A stretch of 64,000 nucleotides of DNA from an uncultured Bacteroidota bacterium (lineage in GTDB: Bacteria > Bacteroidota > Bacteroidia > Chitinophagales > LD1): positions 98,236 through 162,235 of the forward strand of contig CAIOTH010000042.1 of assembly GCA_903861145.1 (NCBI GenBank). The letters run 5' to 3'. Both the position numbers and the translations under genes were made by a program. Under the pieces are notes generated by a model. The model was not told the origin of the DNA. It saw nothing but the letters and a program-made list of their open reading frames with translations, and did not search any database. Position 1 is the first letter of the stretch, and each line of letters starts with the position of its first letter. Shown in pieces: positions 8,696-17,071 of this stretch.

Positions 8696-10597
8696 ATGAA
8701 GAATAAAGAAACCATAGTTGGCTGGATATTAATTATCGCTTTAATGCTCGTGTTTTTTTTCTATCAGAACAAGAAGTTTACTGAAGATCAAAAATTAAAG
8801 AAAGAGCAAGCCAAAACCGAACAGATTGAAAAAGCTAAGCATGTAAATGCTGAGCAGGTTATTTCGTCAACCGATTCAACACACAAGGATCTCTCTACAG
8901 CTTCAAACATAGCGGCCCTTAGCAAAGATACCACTGCAGCAACTGCCCAGCTAGGCGCTTTTGCCCATGCTATTACCGGTGAAGAGAAATTATTTGTTAT
9001 TGAAAACGACTTTCAAAAAATAACGCTTACCAGCAAAGGCGGCCAAATTAAAAGTGTTGAACTTAAAGCGTATAAAACCTGGGATAAGAAACCACTGTTG
9101 CTTTTTACCGATAAAACAAACAGTTTAAGTTATCAGCTTCCTATTGCAAACAACCAGGTTGTCGATACCAAAGATTTATATTTTGAACCGGTTGGTGCGC
9201 CATTTGTAGTTACCGGCGATTCGTCAAAAACTTTTGCCTTACGTGTTACTGCAGGCGATGGCAAATATTTTGAGCAACGCTTTACATTAAAGGGCAATTC
9301 GTACATGCTTAACTACGATGTTAGCCTGGTGGGGTTAAATACAATAATACCAGGCAATGCCAATTTAATATTTGTAAGCTGGGATAACTACCTAAGCGTG
9401 TTGGAGCACAATTTGCAAAACGAACGAAGATATTCTGCCCTTTACCTTCGCGATAAAGCTGCAAGTGTATCGCACTTATCTGAAGATAAGGAAAGCGATA
9501 GCCTTAGGTTTGATACTCCTTTAGAATGGATATCATATAAACAACAGTTTTTCAATACAACCCTGTTTAGTGCCAACGGTGATTTTCACGCGGGTATGCT
9601 AAAAACTCACTTTAGTAAAGATAACAGCAGCTACGTGAAAAATTACGATGCCAAGTTTACCATTCCTTATAACAATGCATCAAACGTTAACACCTATAAC
9701 TTTCAATACTACATAGGCCCTAATAGTTACAATTCCCTGGCATCAATTAACAAGGATGTAGAAAGCATTATTAAGCTGAGTCCCGATTTTTGGATGTTTT
9801 CATGGATCAGATACATCACCCGGTTCATAATTTGGGTATTTGGCTGGCTTAGCAAGGTTATCACCAATTACGGCATCATTATTTTAATAATGACGCTGAT
9901 ATTAAAGTTGGTATTGCATCCGCTTACCGCCAAATCAATCGAAAGCTCGGCCAAAATGAAAATTCTGGCACCTGAGTTGGCTGCTTTAAAGGAGAAATAC
10001 GGCGAAGACCAAACCCGTATGGGGCAAGAGCAAATGAAGCTTTACAGCAGGGCAGGAGTAAGCCCGTTTGGAGGCTGTCTTCCATTGCTATTGCAATTCC
10101 CGATTTTGATGGCCATGTATTATTTCTTCCCGGTCTGTATCGAACTTCGACAGCAGCATTTTTTATGGGCAACCGATTTATCCAGCTATGATAGTATCGT
10201 AACCTTTGCAACTACCCTTCCTATCCTTAATATCGACCACATTAGCTTATTCACCATCTTAATGACTATAAGTTCAATTGGCCAGGCAGTAATGAATAAC
10301 CAAATGAACGCCATGGGCAACCAGCAACCTGGTATGAAATACATGCCGTATTTTATGCCGGTTTTGATGATGTTCCTGTTCAACAGCTTCCCTGCCGCGC
10401 TTACTTATTATTACCTACTGCAGAATTTGCTTGGGGTTGGCCATCAATGGGTTATCCAAAAATTCTTTATTGACGATGCCAAGCTGCGCAAACAAATTGA
10501 GGATAACAAAAAGAATCCTAAGCAGCCATCTTCATGGCAGAAAAAGCTGTCTGACATGCAAAAGCAGGCCGAACAACGCGGCAAAGGCGGGAAATAA
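8696..10597 (+). CDS. yidC: membrane protein insertase YidC (long Bacteroidota form)
   Basis: N-terminal TM, large periplasmic domain and C-terminal 60-kDa insertase core (ILIMTLILKLVLHPLT, PLGGCLPLLLQFPILMAMY, basic tail). ATG 8696 preferred over the track's TTG 8669. Confidence 0.9.
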   Translation: MKNKETIVGWILIIALMLVFFFYQNKKFTEDQKLKKEQAKTEQIEKAKHVNAEQVISSTDSTHKDLSTASNIAALSKDTTAATAQLGAFAHAITGEEKLFVIENDFQKITLTSKGGQIKSVELKAYKTWDKKPLLLFTDKTNSLSYQLPIANNQVVDTKDLYFEPVGAPFVVTGDSSKTFALRVTAGDGKYFEQRFTLKGNSYMLNYDVSLVGLNTIIPGNANLIFVSWDNYLSVLEHNLQNERRYSALYLRDKAASVSHLSEDKESDSLRFDTPLEWISYKQQFFNTTLFSANGDFHAGMLKTHFSKDNSSYVKNYDAKFTIPYNNASNVNTYNFQYYIGPNSYNSLASINKDVESIIKLSPDFWMFSWIRYITRFIIWVFGWLSKVITNYGIIILIMTLILKLVLHPLTAKSIESSAKMKILAPELAALKEKYGEDQTRMGQEQMKLYSRAGVSPFGGCLPLLLQFPILMAMYYFFPVCIELRQQHFLWATDLSSYDSIVTFATTLPILNIDHISLFTILMTISSIGQAVMNNQMNAMGNQQPGMKYMPYFMPVLMMFLFNSFPAALTYYYLLQNLLGVGHQWVIQKFFIDDAKLRKQIEDNKKNPKQPSSWQKKLSDMQKQAEQRGKGGK

Positions 10598-10621
10598 AAC
10601 TCTTTGTCGTTTTAAACTTCA

Positions 10622-10667
10622 AAAGTCCCAAAATCGCAAAATGAAAACTTTGTGGTTTTGGGACTTT
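10622..10667 (+). terminator. hairpin terminator after yidC
   Basis: AAAGTCCCAAAA (10622-10633) pairs with TTTTGGGACTTT (10656-10667). The 22-nt loop is large. T-rich tail follows. Confidence 0.5.
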
Positions 10668-10791
10668 ATGCTTTTATCAACTTCAATCAATTTGTTAAAT
10701 ACTGCCCTTCTTCCCCTTAGTTCGGGTGCATTTTTTTACAATTTCGTGACAAATTATTATTTCCAATTCGACCCCGATTCGAAAAAACGTT

Positions 10792-10799
10792 TACATTTG
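10792..10799 (+). promoter_or_regulatory. Bacteroidota -7 promoter box upstream of 10836 gene
   Basis: TACATTTG matches TAnnTTTG, 37 nt upstream of ATG 10836. Confidence 0.4.
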
Positions 10800-10835
10800 A
10801 CCCCACTAATTAACTAAATAAAACCTCTATTAAAA

Positions 10836-13448
10836 ATGAGAAAGTTTTTACTACTATCAGCAGTAGCTGCTGTAGTCCAGTTTTCAAACGCTCAGGCTCC
10901 TGTTGCAAAACCTGAACGTCTTGGAAATGCATGGATTCAACAATCAATGAAAGAAGAAAGGCCTGTTGTTTTATTGCCTCAGGGTAGCAGTACTCCGGCA
11001 AGAACACATGCTGCAACCAATAACCACGTTGTAGCCAACGGCCATCATAAAGGTAGCAATACCGAAAAGAGCCTTGCGGGTACAGTTCTTAATTCTCAGG
11101 TAATCGGTTCTGCCGGTAACCTGCTTACAATTACCGAAGCTAATTGTAATCAATTGTATAGCAATACACCCTTAAACATAGTTTCGTTTGTTCACAGAAC
11201 TGACCCTACTGTAAGCCCTACTGGCAATATCGCCCAGTATTCGCTTGATTTTTCGTTAGATGGCGGAACAACATGGCGCACTAACATGGGGCCTTTTACC
11301 AATTCTGCAAATCCACCAATTGATAATAACGGAACTGACCCTCACGGTCGTTTCCCTCAGGGTTTAATTTTCAACCCGGCCGGAAACACTAATCCTGATA
11401 GCGCTTATGAAGTATACTCAGGTACATGGCACGATGCACCCGTAAATGCAACTACAGGTTCATGGGTAGGCCAATTGAGAGGCCGTGGCCAATTTACAGG
11501 TGATAGTTCAACATTTAACGTTCATATTGATACAATCAACAATGGTAATACCGATATCGCGACTGGTTTTTGCGAGGGCGCACCTGGCACAGTTTGGTCA
11601 GTAAACCTTGATTGGACAGGAACTTTTGCTACCACATCAAACGAAATTACCAATGGTATAATAGTTGAAAAAGGTGTATGGAACGCGACCAACCGCGATT
11701 TTGACTGGACAGCTCATGAAATCGTTCAGCAGTTCGATTCATTTACAGCAAATAGCATCAACATCAGTTCTGCGCAGTCATTTAATATCGCTTTCGACCC
11801 AACCGGTCAATATGGTTGGATTTCGTGTTTAGGTGATATCAGAACCAACTCTGTTGATAGTACTAACGAACCAATTTTCTGGAAAACTACCGATGGTGGC
11901 AATACCTGGAGCAATGCAATGCAAATTCCTTTGGATAGCATTCCGGGTGTGGTTGCTGCTTTGAATGGAGCAACTATTTATCCTCCTGCCAGCGGTGCTC
12001 AAACCGGCGCAATAACATCAGGCGTACCAACTACTTCGTTCGAATCTAAACTTGCGGTTGACTATTTAGGCAATCCACACTTGTTTACTACAATTGGTAA
12101 CGGTAACGGTTATTCAATCGAGTCAGGCGCCGGCTATATTGCTTATGACATTACACTTAACCCTGCCAACTCTTGTACTCAAACATGGAACGGCTGGGCT
12201 GCAATTTTTGTTGATAGCATCCAAACTTTACGTGGTAACACAACTGAAGATGCTACACCTCTTACTGAAGACAATCGTCCTTTAGTTTCAAGAAGCGCTG
12301 ATGGAACCAAACTATTTTTCTTCTGGTCAACATCTGATGTAACTTTAACCCAGGCTGATAACAACGAATTCCCTAACCTGTTTACAAGAGGTTTCGATAT
12401 CGTTCACTCAACTTCAACACCTTCAATTAACCTTACTCAAGGCGATCCACTTTGGGGCGGTCCTACAACATTGTATCCAACAGGCGGTACTGCCGAAGGC
12501 GGAACTTTACAAGGCGCGTTCTATTCTACTGTATCTCCAATTGCTACAACAAACGGAAGCACTGGTTACACAGTTCCATTAGTATTAACTGCTGTTGACT
12601 ATACTACTCAAACAGGCCAAAGCGGTAACCCTGCTCAATTCTACTACATCAATAACATTACATTCTCTAATTTCGACTTTACCATAGGCGTAAGTGCAAG
12701 CTTAACTCCAATAGGTCAGGATACTGTATACATTGCTGTAGGCGCTACCTATACCGATGCAGGTGCAACTATTACTTACCTTGATACGGCTTGTACCCAC
12801 TCTGGTATTTTGCATGTTGTAACCAATAGCTCTGGCCTTAACACCAACGCTCCTGGTACCTACTATATTAACTATGCAGCAGAAGATGGCAGTGGAAACG
12901 TTTATGCAACAGGTAACCGTGTAGTTATCGTGGTTTCTCCTCCGGTAGCTGATTTTACTTATACCTTATTAGCCGGTCAAAATGTTCAATTTACTGATGC
13001 CAGCTTATACAACCCTACTTCATGGCTTTGGACATTTGGTGATGGTGGAAACGACTTTACGCAAAATCCTTTCCATACTTATGCTGTCCATGGTAGCTAC
13101 AATGTATGCTTAAGAGATAGCAATGCTTACGGAAGTTCAGCAACTGTTTGCCATATGATTACTGTTGTTTCGGGTATCAACGAAGTTGATTTTGCTTCTC
13201 AAATCAATATGTTCCCTAACCCTACCAGCGGTTTGGTTTCAATTACGCTTAACGCTAACCTTAACCGCGACTTTACTGTAAGCGTTTATAACGTTATTGG
13301 CGAAGAAGTAATTGGGGCTAACGAATTCAAAGCTGGAACCACCAATGTTCAATTAAACGCGGCTAATTTAGCTGATGGTGTTTACATGGTTAAATTACAA
13401 AGCAACCAGGGCAGCGCAGTTAAGCGCCTTGTGGTTTCTCACAAATAG
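10836..13448 (+). CDS. secreted BNR/Asp-box and PKD domain protein with T9SS type A C-terminal sorting domain
   Basis: Signal peptide. Asp-boxes SLDGGTTW and TTDGGNTW. PKD-like WTFGDGGNDFTQNPFHTYAVHGSYNV. C-terminal FPNPTSGLVSITL...GVYMVKLQSNQG typical of the Por secretion tail. Confidence 0.85.
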   Translation: MRKFLLLSAVAAVVQFSNAQAPVAKPERLGNAWIQQSMKEERPVVLLPQGSSTPARTHAATNNHVVANGHHKGSNTEKSLAGTVLNSQVIGSAGNLLTITEANCNQLYSNTPLNIVSFVHRTDPTVSPTGNIAQYSLDFSLDGGTTWRTNMGPFTNSANPPIDNNGTDPHGRFPQGLIFNPAGNTNPDSAYEVYSGTWHDAPVNATTGSWVGQLRGRGQFTGDSSTFNVHIDTINNGNTDIATGFCEGAPGTVWSVNLDWTGTFATTSNEITNGIIVEKGVWNATNRDFDWTAHEIVQQFDSFTANSINISSAQSFNIAFDPTGQYGWISCLGDIRTNSVDSTNEPIFWKTTDGGNTWSNAMQIPLDSIPGVVAALNGATIYPPASGAQTGAITSGVPTTSFESKLAVDYLGNPHLFTTIGNGNGYSIESGAGYIAYDITLNPANSCTQTWNGWAAIFVDSIQTLRGNTTEDATPLTEDNRPLVSRSADGTKLFFFWSTSDVTLTQADNNEFPNLFTRGFDIVHSTSTPSINLTQGDPLWGGPTTLYPTGGTAEGGTLQGAFYSTVSPIATTNGSTGYTVPLVLTAVDYTTQTGQSGNPAQFYYINNITFSNFDFTIGVSASLTPIGQDTVYIAVGATYTDAGATITYLDTACTHSGILHVVTNSSGLNTNAPGTYYINYAAEDGSGNVYATGNRVVIVVSPPVADFTYTLLAGQNVQFTDASLYNPTSWLWTFGDGGNDFTQNPFHTYAVHGSYNVCLRDSNAYGSSATVCHMITVVSGINEVDFASQINMFPNPTSGLVSITLNANLNRDFTVSVYNVIGEEVIGANEFKAGTTNVQLNAANLADGVYMVKLQSNQGSAVKRLVVSHK

Positions 13449-13461
13449 TTTTTATTTTAAT

Positions 13462-13502
13462 AAAACAACAAAGGCCCTCAATTTGAGGGCCTTTGTTGTT
13501 TT
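13462..13502 (+). terminator. strong rho-independent terminator
   Basis: Perfect 19-bp stem AAAACAACAAAGGCCCTCA / TGAGGGCCTTTGTTGTTTT with a 3-nt loop. The 3' arm ends in a T run. Confidence 0.85.
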
Positions 13503-13584
13503 ATACTATAAAGTGTGAAATAAGTAGACATACACTGGGTTTTTAATTGTTTTACTCCAAATTTGCTCCCTTAAATTGTGCGTT

Positions 13585-14691
13585 ATGAGCTTGGCTTTTC
13601 GAAGGTTTTTTATCCTGCTAATACCGGTTGCTTTTGTTTGTTATTTGGTAAGTTGTAATACCAAAAAATCAACCTGCGTTGTGCTTGATGTTGCTCAAAA
13701 ACCTTTTGAGAAGCTTTCGGATTATAATTTTTTTGCTGGTGTAATGAACGAACTAAAACCCAATGCCAGGGTTATAGCTTACGATTTAAATACCCCGCTG
13801 TTTACCGATTACGCCCAAAAAGCACGGTTCATTTATATGCCCGATGGCAAGACTATTGAATATGATACCACCAAAGTTTTGCAATTGCCGGTAGGCGCGT
13901 GTTTAATTAAAAACTTTTATTACCAAAATGACTTTCGCGAAAAGGCCGGAAGCCCGAAGCGGATTATGGAAACCCGCCTTCTTGTTCACCGTGCTGAAGG
14001 GTGGGATGCCCTGGACTACGTTTGGAACGATGAGCAAACCGAGGCTATGCTTGAAGATGCAGGTGACATTAAAAAGGTTTCATGGACTCACTATGATGGC
14101 ACTAAGCGTGAGGCCGATTACTTTATTCCAAACAAAAACCAATGCAAAGGCTGCCATTGGAACAACAGCACCTCCATAACCCCAATAGGCCCCAAGGTGC
14201 GCAATTTAAACCGCGACTTTGTTTATGATGGTGTTAGCGAAAATCAATTAACGCATATGGCTAAAATGGGGGTGCTCAAAAATGCGCCGGCTTTGCCAAC
14301 CCAGACACCAAAGCTGGCTACATGGTCCGATTCGGTAAATTACTCGGTTAATGATCGTGCACGTGCTTATTTAGAAGTTAATTGCGGGCACTGCCACAAT
14401 CCCAAAGGCCCTGCTTACACCTCGGGCTTACACCTGAATCTTGAGAACGCCAATCTTCAGAATTTAGGCTTTTGCAAAGCGCCCGTGGCTGCCGGTAAAG
14501 GCACAGGTAACCGGTTATATGATATTATACCAGGCCATCCCGATAAATCGATTATGACGTACCGTATGGCTTCTGTTGAGCCGGGAATTAAAATGCCTGA
14601 ATTGGGTAGGGGCCTGGTACACCAGGAAGGCCTTGATTTAATAACAAGGTGGATTGCCGAAATGAAGCCTGAAGATTGCAAGGTAAATTGA
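13585..14691 (+). CDS. putative diheme c-type cytochrome (SO_2930-like family)
   Basis: Two CxxCH haem-binding motifs (CKGCH and CGHCH). N-terminal lipoprotein-like signal (LVSCN). ATG 13585 preferred over TTG 13576. Confidence 0.7.
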   Translation: MSLAFRRFFILLIPVAFVCYLVSCNTKKSTCVVLDVAQKPFEKLSDYNFFAGVMNELKPNARVIAYDLNTPLFTDYAQKARFIYMPDGKTIEYDTTKVLQLPVGACLIKNFYYQNDFREKAGSPKRIMETRLLVHRAEGWDALDYVWNDEQTEAMLEDAGDIKKVSWTHYDGTKREADYFIPNKNQCKGCHWNNSTSITPIGPKVRNLNRDFVYDGVSENQLTHMAKMGVLKNAPALPTQTPKLATWSDSVNYSVNDRARAYLEVNCGHCHNPKGPAYTSGLHLNLENANLQNLGFCKAPVAAGKGTGNRLYDIIPGHPDKSIMTYRMASVEPGIKMPELGRGLVHQEGLDLITRWIAEMKPEDCKVN

Positions 14692-14704
14692 ACTGAGAGG
14701 ATAA

Positions 14705-14734
14705 AAAAATGGCAACCAAGTGGTTGCCATTTTT
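14705..14734. terminator. bidirectional terminator between convergent genes
   Basis: AAAAATGGCAACCA / TGGTTGCCATTTTT palindrome flanked by an A run and a T run, between stops at 14691 (+) and 14752 (-). Confidence 0.75.
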
Positions 14735-14751
14735 AATTTTTGATTGGCCGT

Positions 14752-15144
14752 TTATTGCTGTTTAACGTTTACGTTTGCCGATGTAAGATAAGTCCCTTTT
14801 GAGTCATAAACCTTAACCCTGTAATTGCCCGGGTCAAAAAACACCAGTTCCTTCCAGGTATAATTCCATTTAGGTTCTATCTTTTGCGGCATTTTCGAAA
14901 TCTCTTCTTCTTTGCCCGTTTCGTTTATATAAAATACTTTAAAATCCATTTTATCGGTTTTAAAACCTTCATCAGCTTTAAGCAAAACCTTTAGTGCGCT
15001 GCCGCTAGGGCTAACCATAAAAAAGTTAGAGGGGTGTTGTGGCTTGCCGGCATCGTTTACATTCTCGCAAAAAGTGAGCGAGTATTGCGCCGAGCCTACT
15101 TTGGCTAAAAAAAGCAGCACGATTCCTAATTTCAGGCTTTTCAT
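14752..15144 (-). CDS. small secreted protein, unknown function
   Basis: 130-aa ORF with signal peptide MKSLKLGIVLLFLAKVGSAQ. Bounded by a terminator and a 275-bp divergent promoter region. Confidence 0.65.
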   Translation of the reverse strand: MKSLKLGIVLLFLAKVGSAQYSLTFCENVNDAGKPQHPSNFFMVSPSGSALKVLLKADEGFKTDKMDFKVFYINETGKEEEISKMPQKIEPKWNYTWKELVFFDPGNYRVKVYDSKGTYLTSANVNVKQQ

Positions 15145-15419
15145 GATTAATCTATTTGTTTACGAAATTGCATCCTTACCTAGATTGTTTCACTCCAAGT
15201 TTCGGGCCAATACCTGTATATAACGCTGGCAGGTCTAATAAAATCTACAGTATTAAATACTTCGTTTTATTTAAACGTGTTAAAACAAGGTTTGTTGCGG
15301 TTTTTAGCTCTTTGCGCCAATCTCAATGCCGCAAATGTGCTGGGCTATTGTATTTTATTGCCTAAATTTTAAGTGCTATGTGTTACAGTCGCAAATCTTT
15401 ATCATTTTAGCGCTTATAA

Positions 15420-16538
15420 ATGCAAATCAATATGCAAACAAAGTGGAGTAATCATGTAGCTATTCTAGCTGGTAGTTTGTTTTTATCTATAGCGCTGCTT
15501 TCGGGGTGCAAGGGTGGTAATAAGAGTGATGCGGGTGCGTTGACGACAGCCGATTCATCTGCTATTCATTACCCTCAGGAAACACATTTGAAAAACGTAA
15601 AGCAGTTAACCTTTGGCGGCGAAAATGCCGAAGCGTACTGGAGCTTTGATAACACGCGTTTGTCGTTCCAAGGCAAGAATAGTAAGACAGGGTTAATGTG
15701 CGACCAGATTTTTATGATGGGCATTAACGATTCGGTTCGCCAGTTAATCAGCACTGGTAAGGGAAGAACAACCTGTTCGTTTTTCCTGCCCGGCGACTCG
15801 TTGATATTGTACGCTTCAACTCATTTATCGGGTGATTCGTGCCCTCCTGAAGCTAAGCGCGAACACGGTAAATATCTATGGCCTATATATGGCGAATACG
15901 AAATTTTTATTGCCGACTTAAAGGGGAACATTAAAAAGCAATTAACCAACAACAAGTTTTACGATGCGGAGGCTACAGTCTCCCCCAAAGGCGATAAAAT
16001 TGTTTTTACGTCTGACCGCACCGGCGACCTTGAATTATTTACCATGAATTTGGATGGCAGCGATGTAAGGCAAATAACAAACTCGCCGGGTTATGATGGG
16101 GGGGCCTGCTTTTCGCCCGATGGCAAGCAAATTATCTGGAGGGCATCTCATTTCGATACCGACTCTGAAAAGATGGAGTACGAGAATAACCTAAAGAAGC
16201 ACCTCGTTTCTCCTATGAAAATGGAGCTATTTATTGCCAACGCCGATGGCAGCAACCGCAGGCAATTAACCAATTTGGGCGGTGCAAACTGGGCCCCATG
16301 CTTTGACCCTACTGGCAAAAAAGTAATTTTCAGCTCTAATCATGTTACAAAATCTATTCCTTTTAACCTGTACATGATTAATACCGATGGCACCGGTTTA
16401 GAGCGAATTACTTACGAGAAAATTTTTGATGCCTTTCCTATGTTTTCGTACGATGGTAAGAAGTTTGTTTGGTGCAGCAATCGTGCCAATGGTGGCACGC
16501 GCGAGACCAATATATTTGTAGCTGATTGGCAGCCGTAA
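15420..16538 (+). CDS. TolB-like PD40/WD40-like beta-propeller lipoprotein
   Basis: Lipobox LLSGCKG. Repeated PD40 motifs (SPKGDKIVFTSDRTGDLELF, FSPDGKQIIW, FDPTGKKVIFSSN, FSYDGKKFVWCSNR). Confidence 0.8.
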   Translation: MQINMQTKWSNHVAILAGSLFLSIALLSGCKGGNKSDAGALTTADSSAIHYPQETHLKNVKQLTFGGENAEAYWSFDNTRLSFQGKNSKTGLMCDQIFMMGINDSVRQLISTGKGRTTCSFFLPGDSLILYASTHLSGDSCPPEAKREHGKYLWPIYGEYEIFIADLKGNIKKQLTNNKFYDAEATVSPKGDKIVFTSDRTGDLELFTMNLDGSDVRQITNSPGYDGGACFSPDGKQIIWRASHFDTDSEKMEYENNLKKHLVSPMKMELFIANADGSNRRQLTNLGGANWAPCFDPTGKKVIFSSNHVTKSIPFNLYMINTDGTGLERITYEKIFDAFPMFSYDGKKFVWCSNRANGGTRETNIFVADWQP

Positions 16539-16684
16539 GGAGCAGGAAGATAAAGAGTTTTAGGGAAAAGAAATAGCAGATAATTTTCAACAATCATTGC
16601 TTTTTGTTGTTGCTAGTATTATTTTCACAGTAGTTCTTTGATAGAAAATCATTTGGCCTAAGTGCCAACTGATTTAAAGATTTT

Positions 16685-16882
16685 GCCCACACAGAACGAT
16701 GCGTTAGTTGGATAATATAATCAAACCGGGCTTAAATTTGTAACGTCAATGGCGGGCTGCATTCCGATGAAAGTCGGAACTTCGTCCACAAAACAAGTTA
16801 ACAGCAGATTACAACGGTGTTACTAAGCCCAAATCCTGACTTAAAGTGCAACTTTAACGTCAGTTTCTGTGTGGGTTTTTTT
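16685..16882 (+). ncRNA. candidate structured small RNA, family not recognised
   Basis: Closing stem CCCACACAGAA (16686-16696) / TTCTGTGTGGG (16865-16875) followed by T7. Internal helices: 16728-16734 with 16824-16830, 16740-16744 with 16819-16823, hairpin 16762-16779 and hairpin 16836-16863. Sits in a 533-bp ORF-free gap. Confidence 0.45.
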
Positions 16883-17008
16883 ATTTCTTCTTAGTAGGTA
16901 TTACTCTGTTGTTAACTCTACATTTACCCATTGCCAAAGGTAGTTTCGTAATATTCCTGGCACAATAATTATCCTTACCTTAAAATTTACCGGTTGCTCA
17001 TGCGTCCA

Positions 17009-17016
17009 TACCTTTG
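17009..17016 (+). promoter_or_regulatory. Bacteroidota -7 promoter box upstream of ABC transporter gene
   Basis: TACCTTTG matches TAnnTTTG, 56 nt upstream of ATG 17072. Confidence 0.35.
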
Positions 17017-17071
17017 TATGTTCGCTTCAAAATCCTGATTCTAAAATCTTGCCTCTAATATTTAATTAAGA

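Noticed and set aside
10431-10817. 128-aa ORF overlapping the yidC 3' end and the downstream intergenic region.
   Set aside because: It is out of frame with yidC, spans the yidC terminator and the next gene's promoter box, and has no motifs.
15156-15365. 69-aa ORF in the divergent promoter region between 14752-15144 and 15420-16538.
   Set aside because: It has no signal, motif or coupling to neighbours. The region is better explained as two divergent promoters. I cannot exclude a small protein without conservation data.
16749-16826. A 25-codon ORF (MAGCIPMKVGTSSTKQVNSRLQRCY) upstream of the ABC exporter, considered as a RiPP/bacteriocin precursor.
   Set aside because: The ABC protein has no C39 peptidase domain, and no modification enzymes are nearby. 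The ORF lies entirely within base-paired helices of the RNA candidate. I kept it only as an alternative that would refute the ncRNA call.
16685-16882. RNase P-like strings (ACAGAAC, CCGGGCTTA, GATGAAAGTCGG) inside the candidate ncRNA.
   Set aside because: The motifs are in the wrong order relative to bacterial RNase P (the GAAAGUCC element should come first). The element is also about half the required length. Coincidental resemblance.
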